DNA of 64,000 nucleotides. It comes from Dehalococcoidia bacterium (GTDB lineage Bacteria > Chloroflexota > Dehalococcoidia > Lucifugimonadales > JAGWBF01). A program made the translations under genes and the position numbers. Positions 1 to 10,381 of the stretch are shown here, piece after piece. The stretch covers positions 2,790,491 through 2,854,490 of the forward strand of contig OZ240207.1 of the NCBI GenBank assembly GCA_965197415.1, written 5' to 3'. The notes under the pieces were generated by a model. It made no database searches. It was not told where the DNA came from and was given only the letters and a program-made list of their open reading frames with translations. Numbering within the stretch: position 1 is the stretch's first letter; each line of letters begins with the position of its first letter.

Positions 1-612
1 TGGGTGCTGCCCGTGCAAAAGCCCCATCCGGAGGTCTGGTTCCCCGGGTTCTCCAGCCCGGAGAGCGTCGTATGGGCCGCCAGCCACAAGATTCCCTACA
101 TGAACCTGGGCTCGCTGCTGCACCACACCCAGTTCCTACGCCAGGTCTACATCGACACCGCCCGTGAAGCCGGTTTCCAGGCGCAGCCCGAACACTTCGG
201 ATACCTTCTCAAGGTTTTCGTCGCAGACACTAAGGAGAAAGCCGAAGAGGTGGGTCGACAGTTCATGTGGACCGACGACCACCGCCAGAAAGGTCCCAGG
301 GAACACAACGACCCTCCGGGGTACCAGTCCCGGCAGGCCTTCAGCCTCCAGAAGACCCTCCCTGGAGCCTCCTCTTTCGGCAAGAAGATGAGCTACGAGG
401 AGCTTCAAGAGGCGGACAACATCATCGTGGGCACGCCCGACGAGGTCATCAGAAGGCTGAGCAACGTGATTGACAGGCTGAACCCCGGCTACCTGCACAT
501 ATATGGCAACGAGGGAGCCATGCCCCACGACGACGTGATGCGCTCCATCGAGTTGCTGGCCGGGGAGGTCATTCCAGCCCTCCACGAAATACAACTGCAA
601 CCCTACGACTAA
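1..612 (+). CDS. LLM-class flavin-dependent oxidoreductase (luciferase-like monooxygenase), 5'-truncated by window edge
   Basis: PVQKPHPEVW motif and C-terminal IVGTPDEV...SIELLAGEVIPAL typical of LLM proteins; frame open to window start. Confidence 0.85.
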   Translation, partial: WVLPVQKPHPEVWFPGFSSPESVVWAASHKIPYMNLGSLLHHTQFLRQVYIDTAREAGFQAQPEHFGYLLKVFVADTKEKAEEVGRQFMWTDDHRQKGPREHNDPPGYQSRQAFSLQKTLPGASSFGKKMSYEELQEADNIIVGTPDEVIRRLSNVIDRLNPGYLHIYGNEGAMPHDDVMRSIELLAGEVIPALHEIQLQPYD

Positions 613-655
613 ACTAGGCGCCGACCGTTATCTACAACAGAACATGGAGTGACAC

Positions 656-1180
656 ATGACCCAGTCGACAGCATTGGACAAGAGCAAATCGGCCGTCTTG
701 ATAATGGACTTCCAGGACCGCATCGTGAACAACGTGGCCACGGACCCGGGCGAAGTGGTTCGGCAGGCCTCCAGGACCCTCGAGGGCGCCCGCCAGGCCG
801 GAATCCCAGTAATTTACGTGGTCCACAGGGGAGGCGACTTCAGAGCCGACTCCACCGACCTCGGAATCCACGCAGGCGTGGCCCCGAAAGAAGGAGAGAC
901 GATAGTCACCAAGACCCGAACCAGCCCCTTCTCCACCACGGGTCTGGACGTCCAGCTAAGAGAGATGGGTCTGGACACGCTGGTGATAATGGGTGTGGCC
1001 ACCAGCGGCTGCGTGCTGTCCACGGTGCGATGGGCGGCCGACATCAACTACAAGCTAGTGGTGGTGTCCGACGCTTGCTCGGACAGGGACCCGGAGGTCC
1101 ACAGGGTTCTCACCGAAAAGGTCTACCCGCGCCAGGCCACGGTGATGACCGCCGACGAGTTCCTCCAGGCCGTCGCCTAG
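656..1180 (+). CDS. Cysteine hydrolase / isochorismatase family protein
   Basis: AVLIMDFQ, KTRTSPFSTT, GVATSGCVLST, VVSDACSD catalytic D-K-C signature; GGAG RBS. Confidence 0.9.
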   Translation: MTQSTALDKSKSAVLIMDFQDRIVNNVATDPGEVVRQASRTLEGARQAGIPVIYVVHRGGDFRADSTDLGIHAGVAPKEGETIVTKTRTSPFSTTGLDVQLREMGLDTLVIMGVATSGCVLSTVRWAADINYKLVVVSDACSDRDPEVHRVLTEKVYPRQATVMTADEFLQAVA

Positions 1181-1200
1181 TCCCGACATCTGTCGGGCGT

Positions 1201-1449
1201 TTATTCGGGGGTCTCGTAGGGCGTGGTGGGCAGTGGCAGGCTGGCCACCTCCCGTTCGATGGACTCCAGGCGGCCTGCGACGTCCCGCTTCTCGGGCCGG
1301 TTTGCGTTGCAACTGGGGCACCACACCTCGTCCTTGGACGAGAGCATCATGTTCTCCCACTTGACCTCGAACCTGCCTGCCTCGGCTCCGCAGTGGGCGC
1401 AAAGCTGCAGCACCGTAATCATGTCTCCGGGCATGTCTTTGACCCCCAT
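1201..1449 (-). CDS. Small hypothetical zinc-ribbon protein
   Basis: CAHC ... WCPSC pair of CxxC motifs in an 82-aa ORF filling the gap between neighbouring genes. Confidence 0.6.
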   Translation of the reverse strand: MGVKDMPGDMITVLQLCAHCGAEAGRFEVKWENMMLSSKDEVWCPSCNANRPEKRDVAGRLESIEREVASLPLPTTPYETPE

Positions 1450-1500
1450 GTTTTAAGGCCATTCTACTACGGCCTACACCCGCCCCGCCATAAGCGACGC

Positions 1501-2760
1501 CTACTCCTGGCGCCGCAGGCGGTGCATGGTCAGGATCGCCGCCAATGACAGGACCAGGCCGACCAACCCCACTACAGTAAAGGCGAATTTGGCCGAGGTC
1601 TGTTCGGCAAACACACCGATGAGCAGGCTTGAGAAGACCACAACCCCCTGGCCGTAGTTCTGCAGGCTGGTTATCCGGCCCCTCAGGTGGTCGGGCGCGA
1701 GAATCTGGATGAGCGTCCCGTTGGTCGTCCTGAAATAGGCTTGGGAGAAAGAGAAAAACCCGATGATGACAAAGGAGGCGGCCAGGATCTCCGACTGGGC
1801 GAAGAGGATTGCACAGGCCGCGCTGGTGAATGTTGCCGCCAGGCAGACCCACCCTTTGCGGTAGAACCAGCCCACCGACGCGATGATGACGGCGGATATG
1901 AACCCGCCCAGCCCAGTAGTGGCCAGCAGGTAGCCCCCAACGTCCGCTTCCTTGGCGAAAACCTGGACCGTGAATATGGGCAGCAGGAACAAGAGAGGCT
2001 GGAGGAGAACGTTGGGCAAGAACGAAAGGATGGTCAGGTTGAATATCACCCGGTCTTTCGAGTAGATGTAGGAGACGCCCTCTTTGAGGCTGGCGAAGAA
2101 AGACTTGGACGCAGCAGCCGCGAGGTTCCCAAAGGGCGTTCTCATGGGCAACAGCGCCAGCACAGCTCCCGCGTACAGCGCAGCCTCCAGTGCGAAGTTC
2201 CAGGCGAACCCTAGCGTGACTATCATTACCCCACCGAACAAGGGGCCTATCATGCGGGTTCCCGGAATAGTGAGGACGTTGGCTGCAAAGGCGTTGCTCA
2301 CCGATTCCCGTGGCACCGTGTTGGCGATGAGCACCTGCTGCATGGGCATGGATATAGTCCGGCAGATGCCGCACAGGAAAACGTAGATGTAGACGTGCCA
2401 GAACTGGGTGACCACGTCCGCTGCCACCAAGGCGGAAAAAGACCCTGCGGCCACCACCATAACCGACTGGTTGGCTATGATCAGCTTGCGCCTGTCCACC
2501 CGGTCGGCCAGGACTCCCGTAAGAGGCCCTACGAAGAGCACAGGCACGTTGGCCAGGCCGCCTACGAGGATGACCTTGAATATAATCAGGGACGTGTCCT
2601 GGGCCAGCTCCCGGACCAGCCAACCGGCCGAGAGCAGTTGCAGCCATTGGGCGGTGTTTCCGCAAAAGTTGGCGACCCACAGGAAGCGGTAGTCCCTGTA
2701 GGCTATCCAGGAGTCGAATATCTGTATGCGGGGCAGTCTAATGCGAAGGTGTGTATTCAA
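1501..2760 (-). CDS. MFS transporter
   Basis: About 12 hydrophobic segments; GVLADRVDRRKL motif A; APDHLRGR. Confidence 0.9.
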   Translation of the reverse strand: MNTHLRIRLPRIQIFDSWIAYRDYRFLWVANFCGNTAQWLQLLSAGWLVRELAQDTSLIIFKVILVGGLANVPVLFVGPLTGVLADRVDRRKLIIANQSVMVVAAGSFSALVAADVVTQFWHVYIYVFLCGICRTISMPMQQVLIANTVPRESVSNAFAANVLTIPGTRMIGPLFGGVMIVTLGFAWNFALEAALYAGAVLALLPMRTPFGNLAAAASKSFFASLKEGVSYIYSKDRVIFNLTILSFLPNVLLQPLLFLLPIFTVQVFAKEADVGGYLLATTGLGGFISAVIIASVGWFYRKGWVCLAATFTSAACAILFAQSEILAASFVIIGFFSFSQAYFRTTNGTLIQILAPDHLRGRITSLQNYGQGVVVFSSLLIGVFAEQTSAKFAFTVVGLVGLVLSLAAILTMHRLRRQE

Positions 2761-2833
2761 AAAGCGGGCCTCGGAATCGTCATAGCCTTGGGGAGGCCAT
2801 ATCAGCGAGTTGAAAACGGGGCGTACCCCGCAT

Positions 2834-2917
2834 CGTCACTCCGGCGGAGGCTGGAGTCCAGGAAACCTTGTAAGAGGAATTGGCGCCTTCCGGGTTCCGG
2901 CCTTCGCCGGAAAGACG
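2834..2917. repeat. REP-like palindromic element (GTCAYTCCGGCG..GGAGTCCAG / CCGGGTTCCGGCCTTCGCCGGAAAGAC type)
   Basis: Imperfect inverted repeats cgtcactccggcggaggctggagtccag and ccgggttccggccttcgccggaaagacg in intergenic DNA. Confidence 0.65.
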
Positions 2918-3103
2918 AGGGTAGAGCGTCCTTGGCTCCTCCTCCATCCCAACCTTCTCCAGACGGTGGAAAAGGCACAGCGCTGAAGATTTTCATGGTG
3001 GCCCCCATTATACTTCAGGTCGACGCGATGCGCGCCATCCCCCAAAAGGGCCCCGCCCTTGGCCTCAACAAAACCGGGTCCTACGGTCCGCCGTTCGGCA
3101 CAT

Positions 3104-3463
3104 CTAGAGAAGGCTTCTGCTGTTCCGCCCGCTGACGGCGATAATGCCCGTAGCGTTGAGGCCCCCAACGGCAACCACTCCTATGGCGTTTACGCCGCCT
3201 ACAGCGACAAAGCCTATAGCGTTCACGCCTCCCACCGCAACGAGGCCGATGGAGTTGGCGATGCCAAAAGAAACAAGGCCTAGTGCGTTCAAAGCGCTGA
3301 TGGCAACAATCCCCATTGCGTTCAGGATGCCCAATGCGATAGCGCCGATTCCATTGTGGCTGCCCGCCGCGATTATGCCGACGGCGGTCTTGCCCGTGGT
3401 GATTCCATTCTGCATTTCAGCCTCCGATAATCCGGCTCCGCCCAACCCGTAAAGTGTCGCCAT
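3104..3463 (-). CDS. Gly/Ala/Val-rich 11-residue repeat protein, hypothetical
   Basis: Repeats AIGxVAVGGVN across most of the 119-aa ORF. Confidence 0.65.
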   Translation of the reverse strand: MATLYGLGGAGLSEAEMQNGITTGKTAVGIIAAGSHNGIGAIALGILNAMGIVAISALNALGLVSFGIANSIGLVAVGGVNAIGFVAVGGVNAIGVVAVGGLNATGIIAVSGRNSRSLL

Positions 3464-3605
3464 AGACTACTATCACGCCCCGTCACGTGCAAGGGCTGCC
3501 TCTTATTGACACTGTGTGGGGCCGCTTGTACAATCTTGGCGGCCTAGACCCAAGAGCCGGGGATGCGACCCCGGTGAGCTTTTTAGTCCACCTTCGAGAG
3601 AGACG

Positions 3606-4064
3606 TTGGCCCCCGAAGACGGCATACTCACCGACGAACTGCGTTCAAGCGCCATAGGCATCAAGGGAGAGCCCCTGAGCATGGACATCGAGAAGGGCCA
3701 TGTCCAGCGGTTCGCTGAAGCCATAGGCGACAACAACCCCCTCTTCATCGACGAGAAGGAGGCCCGGAAGTCCCGGTACGGCGGCCTCATAGCCCCGCCC
3801 ACTTTCCTGCGGACCCTGCGCGTGGAGAGGCCGGCCTTGCCCTTCTCCATTCCCTACGGCAGGAGCCTGGACGGCGGCAGCGAGTGGGAGTTCTTTGGTC
3901 CGGTCCGAATCGGCGACTTCATCACGGCCCAAATCGAAATCGAGGACATCTTGGAACGTCCAGGACGATTGGGGACCATGCTGTTCACTATTTACCTCAC
4001 CACCTACAAAAACCAGCTTGATGAGGTGGTGGCGACTCAACGCGGGACATCGATAAGGTACTAG
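3606..4064 (+). CDS. MaoC-like dehydratase (hot-dog fold, FAS1-type N-terminal subunit)
   Basis: FAEAIGDNNPLF..APPTF..LDGGSEWEF motifs; start uncertain (TTG 3606; ORF open from 3516). Confidence 0.85.
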   Translation: MAPEDGILTDELRSSAIGIKGEPLSMDIEKGHVQRFAEAIGDNNPLFIDEKEARKSRYGGLIAPPTFLRTLRVERPALPFSIPYGRSLDGGSEWEFFGPVRIGDFITAQIEIEDILERPGRLGTMLFTIYLTTYKNQLDEVVATQRGTSIRY

Positions 4065-4071
4065 GTTGGCA

Positions 4072-4506
4072 ATGGCTGAACAGGTGTATTGGGAAGACGT
4101 AGACGAAGGGTCGGAAGTTCCCCCGTTGATGAAGGAGCCCGACAGTCTTCAACTGGTCAAGTACGCAGGGGCCTCCCTGGACTTCTATCAGATACACTAT
4201 GACAAGGACTTCGCCATAGGCAACAACCTTCCCGGCATCATCGTCCACGGAGCGTTAAAGGGCGCATGGCTCGCCCAACTCATGACCAACTGGATTGGCT
4301 TCGAAGGAAGCCTTAAGAAAATAAAAGTCCAGTATCGAGGCATGGACGTGCCCGGAGACAAGCTCACCTGCAAGGGGACCGTCGTTCGGAAATACATGGA
4401 CCAGGGCAAACACTTGGTGGACTGCGAAATCTGGCTGGAGAACGGCAAAGGAGAGAGGACGACACCGGGAACGTCAACGGTGTCCCTCCCCTCGAGAGGC
4501 GGATAG
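4072..4506 (+). CDS. MaoC-family (R)-enoyl-CoA hydratase/dehydratase subunit
   Basis: YAGASLDFYQIHYD..IIVHG hydratase-2 motif. Confidence 0.88.
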   Translation: MAEQVYWEDVDEGSEVPPLMKEPDSLQLVKYAGASLDFYQIHYDKDFAIGNNLPGIIVHGALKGAWLAQLMTNWIGFEGSLKKIKVQYRGMDVPGDKLTCKGTVVRKYMDQGKHLVDCEIWLENGKGERTTPGTSTVSLPSRGG

Positions 4507-4564
4507 GGCCCACGGCCCAGAAACCCGGCGTACCGCTAAGGCGGACGCCCAAGACGGAGGCGTC

Positions 4565-5494
4565 ATGGCGTCAGATGTTTTACAGGATAAGGTTGCTATA
4601 ATCACAGGCTCCGGGCGGGGCATTGGCCGAGGCGTCGCCATGCTTATGGCCCAGGAGGGAGCCAAGGTCGTTGTCGTCGACCCCGGTGGAAACGTAGACG
4701 GCACCGGAACGGACAACGGCCCGGCCGACCAAGTGGTCAAGGAGATCACCGACGCGGGAGGGACCGCCGTGGCCTGCTACGAGTCGGTGGCCACCATGGA
4801 AGGCGGCGAGAACATTGTCCAGACCGCCCTCGACTCCTTTGGCAGGCTGGACATCGTCGTCACCCCTGCGGGAATTCTCAGGGACCGGATGATCTTCAAT
4901 ATGACCGAGGAGGAGTGGGATGACGTGGTGAGAGTGCACCTGAAAGGCACCTTCACCGTGGTCAAACCCGCTTCCATCATCTTCCGGCAGCAACGTTCGG
5001 GCAGGATTATCACCTTTTCGTCTCGCTCCGGTCTGGTGGGCACGTCCGGTCAGGCCAACTACGGGGCGGCCAAGTCGGGCATAGCCGGATTCACCAAGGT
5101 TGTCGCCAGGGACTTGGGCAGGTACGGAGTCACTGCCAACTGCATATCCCCCAGCGCCGAAACGCGGATGACGGGCACCGTCTCCGACGAGTCCCGGGCC
5201 ATCAGGGCCCAGAGGGGGATAGCCCAAGCCGGCGCGACCGGACCGGCTGTCAGCAGCCGGAACGCTGACGACGTGGCGCCCTTTGTGGTGTTCCTCGCCA
5301 GCGATCACGCATCCAACGTCAATGGCCAGGTGTTCGTAGTGGCCGGAGGAAACGTGTCGTTGATGTCTGCTCCCAGGCCCATCAACACCATCTACAAGGA
5401 CGGCAGGTGGACCCTGGAAGAGTTGGCTCCATTGGCCCGTGACTGGCTTACCAAGGACATCTCCAACCCAGCCCCGGCCATGCCCCAGCAGTAA
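4565..5494 (+). CDS. SDR family oxidoreductase (3-hydroxyacyl-CoA dehydrogenase-like)
   Basis: TGSGRGIG, AGILRD, GQANYGAAK (YxxxK). Confidence 0.92.
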   Translation: MASDVLQDKVAIITGSGRGIGRGVAMLMAQEGAKVVVVDPGGNVDGTGTDNGPADQVVKEITDAGGTAVACYESVATMEGGENIVQTALDSFGRLDIVVTPAGILRDRMIFNMTEEEWDDVVRVHLKGTFTVVKPASIIFRQQRSGRIITFSSRSGLVGTSGQANYGAAKSGIAGFTKVVARDLGRYGVTANCISPSAETRMTGTVSDESRAIRAQRGIAQAGATGPAVSSRNADDVAPFVVFLASDHASNVNGQVFVVAGGNVSLMSAPRPINTIYKDGRWTLEELAPLARDWLTKDISNPAPAMPQQ

Positions 5495-5517
5495 TCCCGG
5501 ATTCAGGAGGAGACGCA

Positions 5518-6450
5518 ATGGGAGACTTGCTTAAAGACAAAGTAGCCGTCATAACAGGCGCAGGCAGGGGCATCGGACGAGGCGTCGCCAAGCTGATGGC
5601 CGAAGAAGGCGCCAAAGTCGTGGTGGCCGACCTCGGCGTCAACGTCGACGGCTCCGGCCAGGACGACTCCCCCGCCGCCCAGGTGGTGCGGGAAATCCAG
5701 GACACCGGAGGGACGGCGGTCGCTTGCTACGAGAACGTGGCGCTGATGGAGGGCGGAGAGCGGATTGTCCAGTCGGCCATAGACAACTTCGGCAAGCTGG
5801 ACATCGTCGTAACTCCCGCGGGCATACTGCGCGACCGGATGGTCTTCAACATGACCGAGCAGGAATGGGACGACGTGATCGCAGTCCACATGAAGGGAAC
5901 CTTCACGGTAGTGAAACATGCCTCGATTCTGTTTCGCCAGCAGCGTTCGGGAAGGATTATCACCTTCAGCTCCACCTCAGGGCTGATAGGCAACTCCGGG
6001 CAAGCCAACTACGGGGCTGCCAAGGACGGCATCGCCGGATTCACAAGGGTCGTCGCTCGTGACCTGGGACGCTACGGCGTCACGGCGAATGCCATATCGC
6101 CCGCCGCCGACACCAGAATGACGGGCACCGTCTCCGAGGAGTCCCGGGCCATCAGGGCCCAGCGAGGAATCGCCGGAGCAGGGGTGCGCTCGGAAATGCG
6201 GAGAGACCCCGAAGACATAGCGCCCTTCGTGACCTGGCTGGCCTCCGATGAGGCGGGCCACGTAAACGGCCACGTCTTCCACGTGGCTGGTGGAATGGTC
6301 GGTCTGATGAACGAGCCGGAACCCGTCAAGACCATCCACAAAGAGGGCCGTTGGGACGTGGAGGAGATAATAAGGCTCTTCCCTCAGACCCTGGGGGTGG
6401 AGCTGATAAATCCGGCCCCGGCCCAGCCTCCCCCGCAACCCAGCGCTTAG
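5518..6450 (+). CDS. SDR family oxidoreductase, tandem paralog of the preceding gene
   Basis: TGAGRGIG, AGILRD, GQANYGAAK; highly similar to 4565..5494. Confidence 0.92.
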   Translation: MGDLLKDKVAVITGAGRGIGRGVAKLMAEEGAKVVVADLGVNVDGSGQDDSPAAQVVREIQDTGGTAVACYENVALMEGGERIVQSAIDNFGKLDIVVTPAGILRDRMVFNMTEQEWDDVIAVHMKGTFTVVKHASILFRQQRSGRIITFSSTSGLIGNSGQANYGAAKDGIAGFTRVVARDLGRYGVTANAISPAADTRMTGTVSEESRAIRAQRGIAGAGVRSEMRRDPEDIAPFVTWLASDEAGHVNGHVFHVAGGMVGLMNEPEPVKTIHKEGRWDVEEIIRLFPQTLGVELINPAPAQPPPQPSA

Positions 6451-6544
6451 GCTGCTATTGGGTGTACGCCTGCGGGTGGGCCTGACACCGTCCTGCTCCG
6501 CACCTTTGCTATAGGACAGCGCCGACGCAATCCTTACCGATGGC

Positions 6545-6584
6545 AAAAAAGAAGAGGCCCCGGAGTTTAACTCCGGGGCCTCTT
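6545..6584 (-). terminator. Rho-independent terminator of groESL
   Basis: 14-bp stem aagaggccccggag/ctccggggcctctt followed on the minus strand by a U tract. Confidence 0.85.
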
Positions 6585-6613
6585 TGGGGTTCTCTCGGTT
6601 TTGACGGGCCGGT

Positions 6614-8266
<1,653 letters not shown>

Positions 8267-8282
8267 TTAAGCGGGGCGCCCT

Positions 8283-8576
8283 CTAGCCGATCCTGGCCAG
8301 AATGTCGCTCTCTCTCAGAATCAGGTAGTCGTCCTCTCCGTCCTTGTACTCGGTGCCGGCGTACTTGGAATAGACCACCTTGTCTCCTACCGAGAGTTCC
8401 ATGGGAATTCGCCCCTTGCCGTCATCGGTGGAGCGGCCGGGACCGGCAGCCACCACTTCTCCGGTCTGGGGCCTCTCCTTAGCCGTGTCAGGCAGATATA
8501 TGCCTGAACTTGTCTTCTCTTCCTGCTCCAGCGGCTTTACCACTACCCTGTCTCCAAGGGGAGCAAAATCAACCAC
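8283..8576 (-). CDS. groS: Co-chaperonin GroES
   Basis: [31 protein letters not shown]; AAGGAGG RBS before GTG. Confidence 0.98.
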   Translation of the reverse strand: MVDFAPLGDRVVVKPLEQEEKTSSGIYLPDTAKERPQTGEVVAAGPGRSTDDGKGRIPMELSVGDKVVYSKYAGTEYKDGEDDYLILRESDILARIG

Positions 8577-8618
8577 AGCTTCCTCCTTAACGCGAATTTC
8601 AGCTATTCAGCTATAATA

Positions 8619-8645
8619 TTAGCACTCGACTCTTCAGAGCGCTAA
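8619..8645. promoter_or_regulatory. CIRCE element (HrcA operator)
   Basis: TTAGCACTC-N9-GAGCGCTAA, one mismatch to the consensus, between promoter and groES. Confidence 0.92.
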
Positions 8646-8656
8646 CACAATTGATA

Positions 8657-8685
8657 ATCCTAGCCCAGGACAATATCCTTGTCAA
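8657..8685 (-). promoter_or_regulatory. Sigma70-type promoter of groESL
   Basis: TTGACA-17 bp-TAGGAT on the minus strand just upstream of CIRCE. Confidence 0.75.
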
Positions 8686-8724
8686 GAATCGACTGTCTCC
8701 ACGCCCACGGAGTTGCTTATCCTC

Positions 8725-9534
8725 ATGACGGAATCCGGTCAAAGAACACTAAAACTAAAAACCCTTAGGCTGTCTCTTGGTGGGACAGTGGCGACTATCA
8801 CCCTCAATAGGCCTCGGTCCCGCAATCGAGTGAACCTAGACATGGCTGGAGACATCCGGGAGTCCTGCGGACTCCTGACAGAGGAGACTGAGGGGCTTAG
8901 AGCCGTGGTGGTCACCGGACTGGGAGCCAGTTTTTCATGCGGCAGAGAAAAGCTGACAGCCTCGGGCGCACAGAAACACGGGCTGGCCCGAGAGCAGTGG
9001 TTGGCGCTCCATCAGGCGGCATCAGCCATCGCCGGGTTGGAGGTCCCTGTCATAGCGGCCTTGAACGGCGATGCAACCGACCACGGCCTGGAATTAGCCC
9101 TGGCCTGTGACCTAAGGGTCGCCGACCCTGCGGCGCTCATGGGGTTCATAGATGTCTCGTCGGGGAGGATGCCCTGGGACGGAGGGACTCAACGCCTGAC
9201 CCGTCTTGCAGGCCCGACACTGGCGCTGGACATGCTTCTGACTTCCCGGCTGATAGACGCGCAGGAAGCTATGGCTGCCGGGCTGGTCAACCGGGTTAGC
9301 GAGCCGGGCGGCGCCCTGGAAGCGGCGCTGGACCTTGCCGGTCTCGTCGCCTCGGCGGCCCCCATTGCCTCCAGGTACATCAAAGAGGCGATCATGTCGG
9401 GGATGGACATGACCGTTGCCCAGGGACTGGGGCTGGAGGCCGATCTCAGCGTCATCCTCCAGAGCACACAGGACCGCGCCGAGGGCCTGAGGTCGTTCTT
9501 TGAAAAACGGGACCCCGAGTTTCGAGGCGCATGA
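8725..9534 (+). CDS. Enoyl-CoA hydratase/isomerase family protein (degenerate active site)
   Basis: TITLNRP, PVIAALNG, GLELALACDLRVA, GGTQRL. Confidence 0.88.
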   Translation: MTESGQRTLKLKTLRLSLGGTVATITLNRPRSRNRVNLDMAGDIRESCGLLTEETEGLRAVVVTGLGASFSCGREKLTASGAQKHGLAREQWLALHQAASAIAGLEVPVIAALNGDATDHGLELALACDLRVADPAALMGFIDVSSGRMPWDGGTQRLTRLAGPTLALDMLLTSRLIDAQEAMAAGLVNRVSEPGGALEAALDLAGLVASAAPIASRYIKEAIMSGMDMTVAQGLGLEADLSVILQSTQDRAEGLRSFFEKRDPEFRGA

Positions 9535-9580
9535 TTACCGTACCAAAGCCGATGCGTTTATCCAAATCCTGTTCGACGCT

Positions 9581-10312
9581 ATGATTGCTTTTGAGACGCT
9601 CCTCTACAGCAAGACGGGGGCCGTGGCACGGATTTCTCTGAACCGGCCCCATGTTCGCAATGCGTACAACACCACAATGCGCGACGACCTCTACCAAGCT
9701 CTCTCCGCTGTCAGAGATGACCCGGAGGTCCGGGCGATGGTCTTGTCGGGAGAAGGTCCAGCTTTTTGCGCTGGAGCCGACCTGTCCGAATTTGGGACCG
9801 CTCCTTCTCTTGCCGTCGCCCGACAGGTGCGGTGGCTGAGGGACATATGGGGCCTGTTTCTCAGCGTATCCAAGCCTATGGTCGCGGCCATACACGGATA
9901 TTGTCTCGGCTCAGGAGTGGAAATGGCCCTCCTATGCGATATTCGGATAGCGTCGGAAGACGCCGTCTTCGGCCTTCCCGAAGCCTCTCTCGGATTGATT
10001 CCCGCGGCCGGGGGAGTCGTGACACTACCCAGGACCGTCGGCCCGGGAGCCGCCCTGGACCTGCTTCTGACACGCAGAAGAATCGCCGCGGCTGAAGCTC
10101 GAACTCTTGGACTTGTCACCCGCGTGGCGCCTAGAGACGCGCTTGATGACATGGTTAGGGACGTTGCCCACAATCTGGAGTCCCTCGATCCTGTTGTTGC
10201 GGCGGCGGTCAAGCAGGCGGCGCGACGGGGGATGGACCTGCCTCTGGAGCGAGCGTTGGAGCTGGATACCCGCCTGGCGCTCAAGACTCTGGGAGAGACT
10301 GGCGCCCTCTGA
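9581..10312 (+). CDS. Enoyl-CoA hydratase/isomerase family protein
   Basis: ISLNRP, FCAGADL, GVEMALLCDIRIA, FGLPEA. Confidence 0.9.
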   Translation: MIAFETLLYSKTGAVARISLNRPHVRNAYNTTMRDDLYQALSAVRDDPEVRAMVLSGEGPAFCAGADLSEFGTAPSLAVARQVRWLRDIWGLFLSVSKPMVAAIHGYCLGSGVEMALLCDIRIASEDAVFGLPEASLGLIPAAGGVVTLPRTVGPGAALDLLLTRRRIAAAEARTLGLVTRVAPRDALDDMVRDVAHNLESLDPVVAAAVKQAARRGMDLPLERALELDTRLALKTLGETGAL

Positions 10313-10381
10313 TACAATACCGAGTTGGCGCCGGCAATACGACTCCATGACGCTGGCCTGCCCATTCCTGGAGGATGCTGA

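Noticed and set aside
1055-2680. Long alternative-frame and antisense ORFs (e.g. 1055..2680, 7370..8482, 54482..55963)
   Set aside because: They overlap well-supported genes, are Arg/Pro/Gly-rich and have no motifs; typical shadow ORFs of GC-rich DNA.
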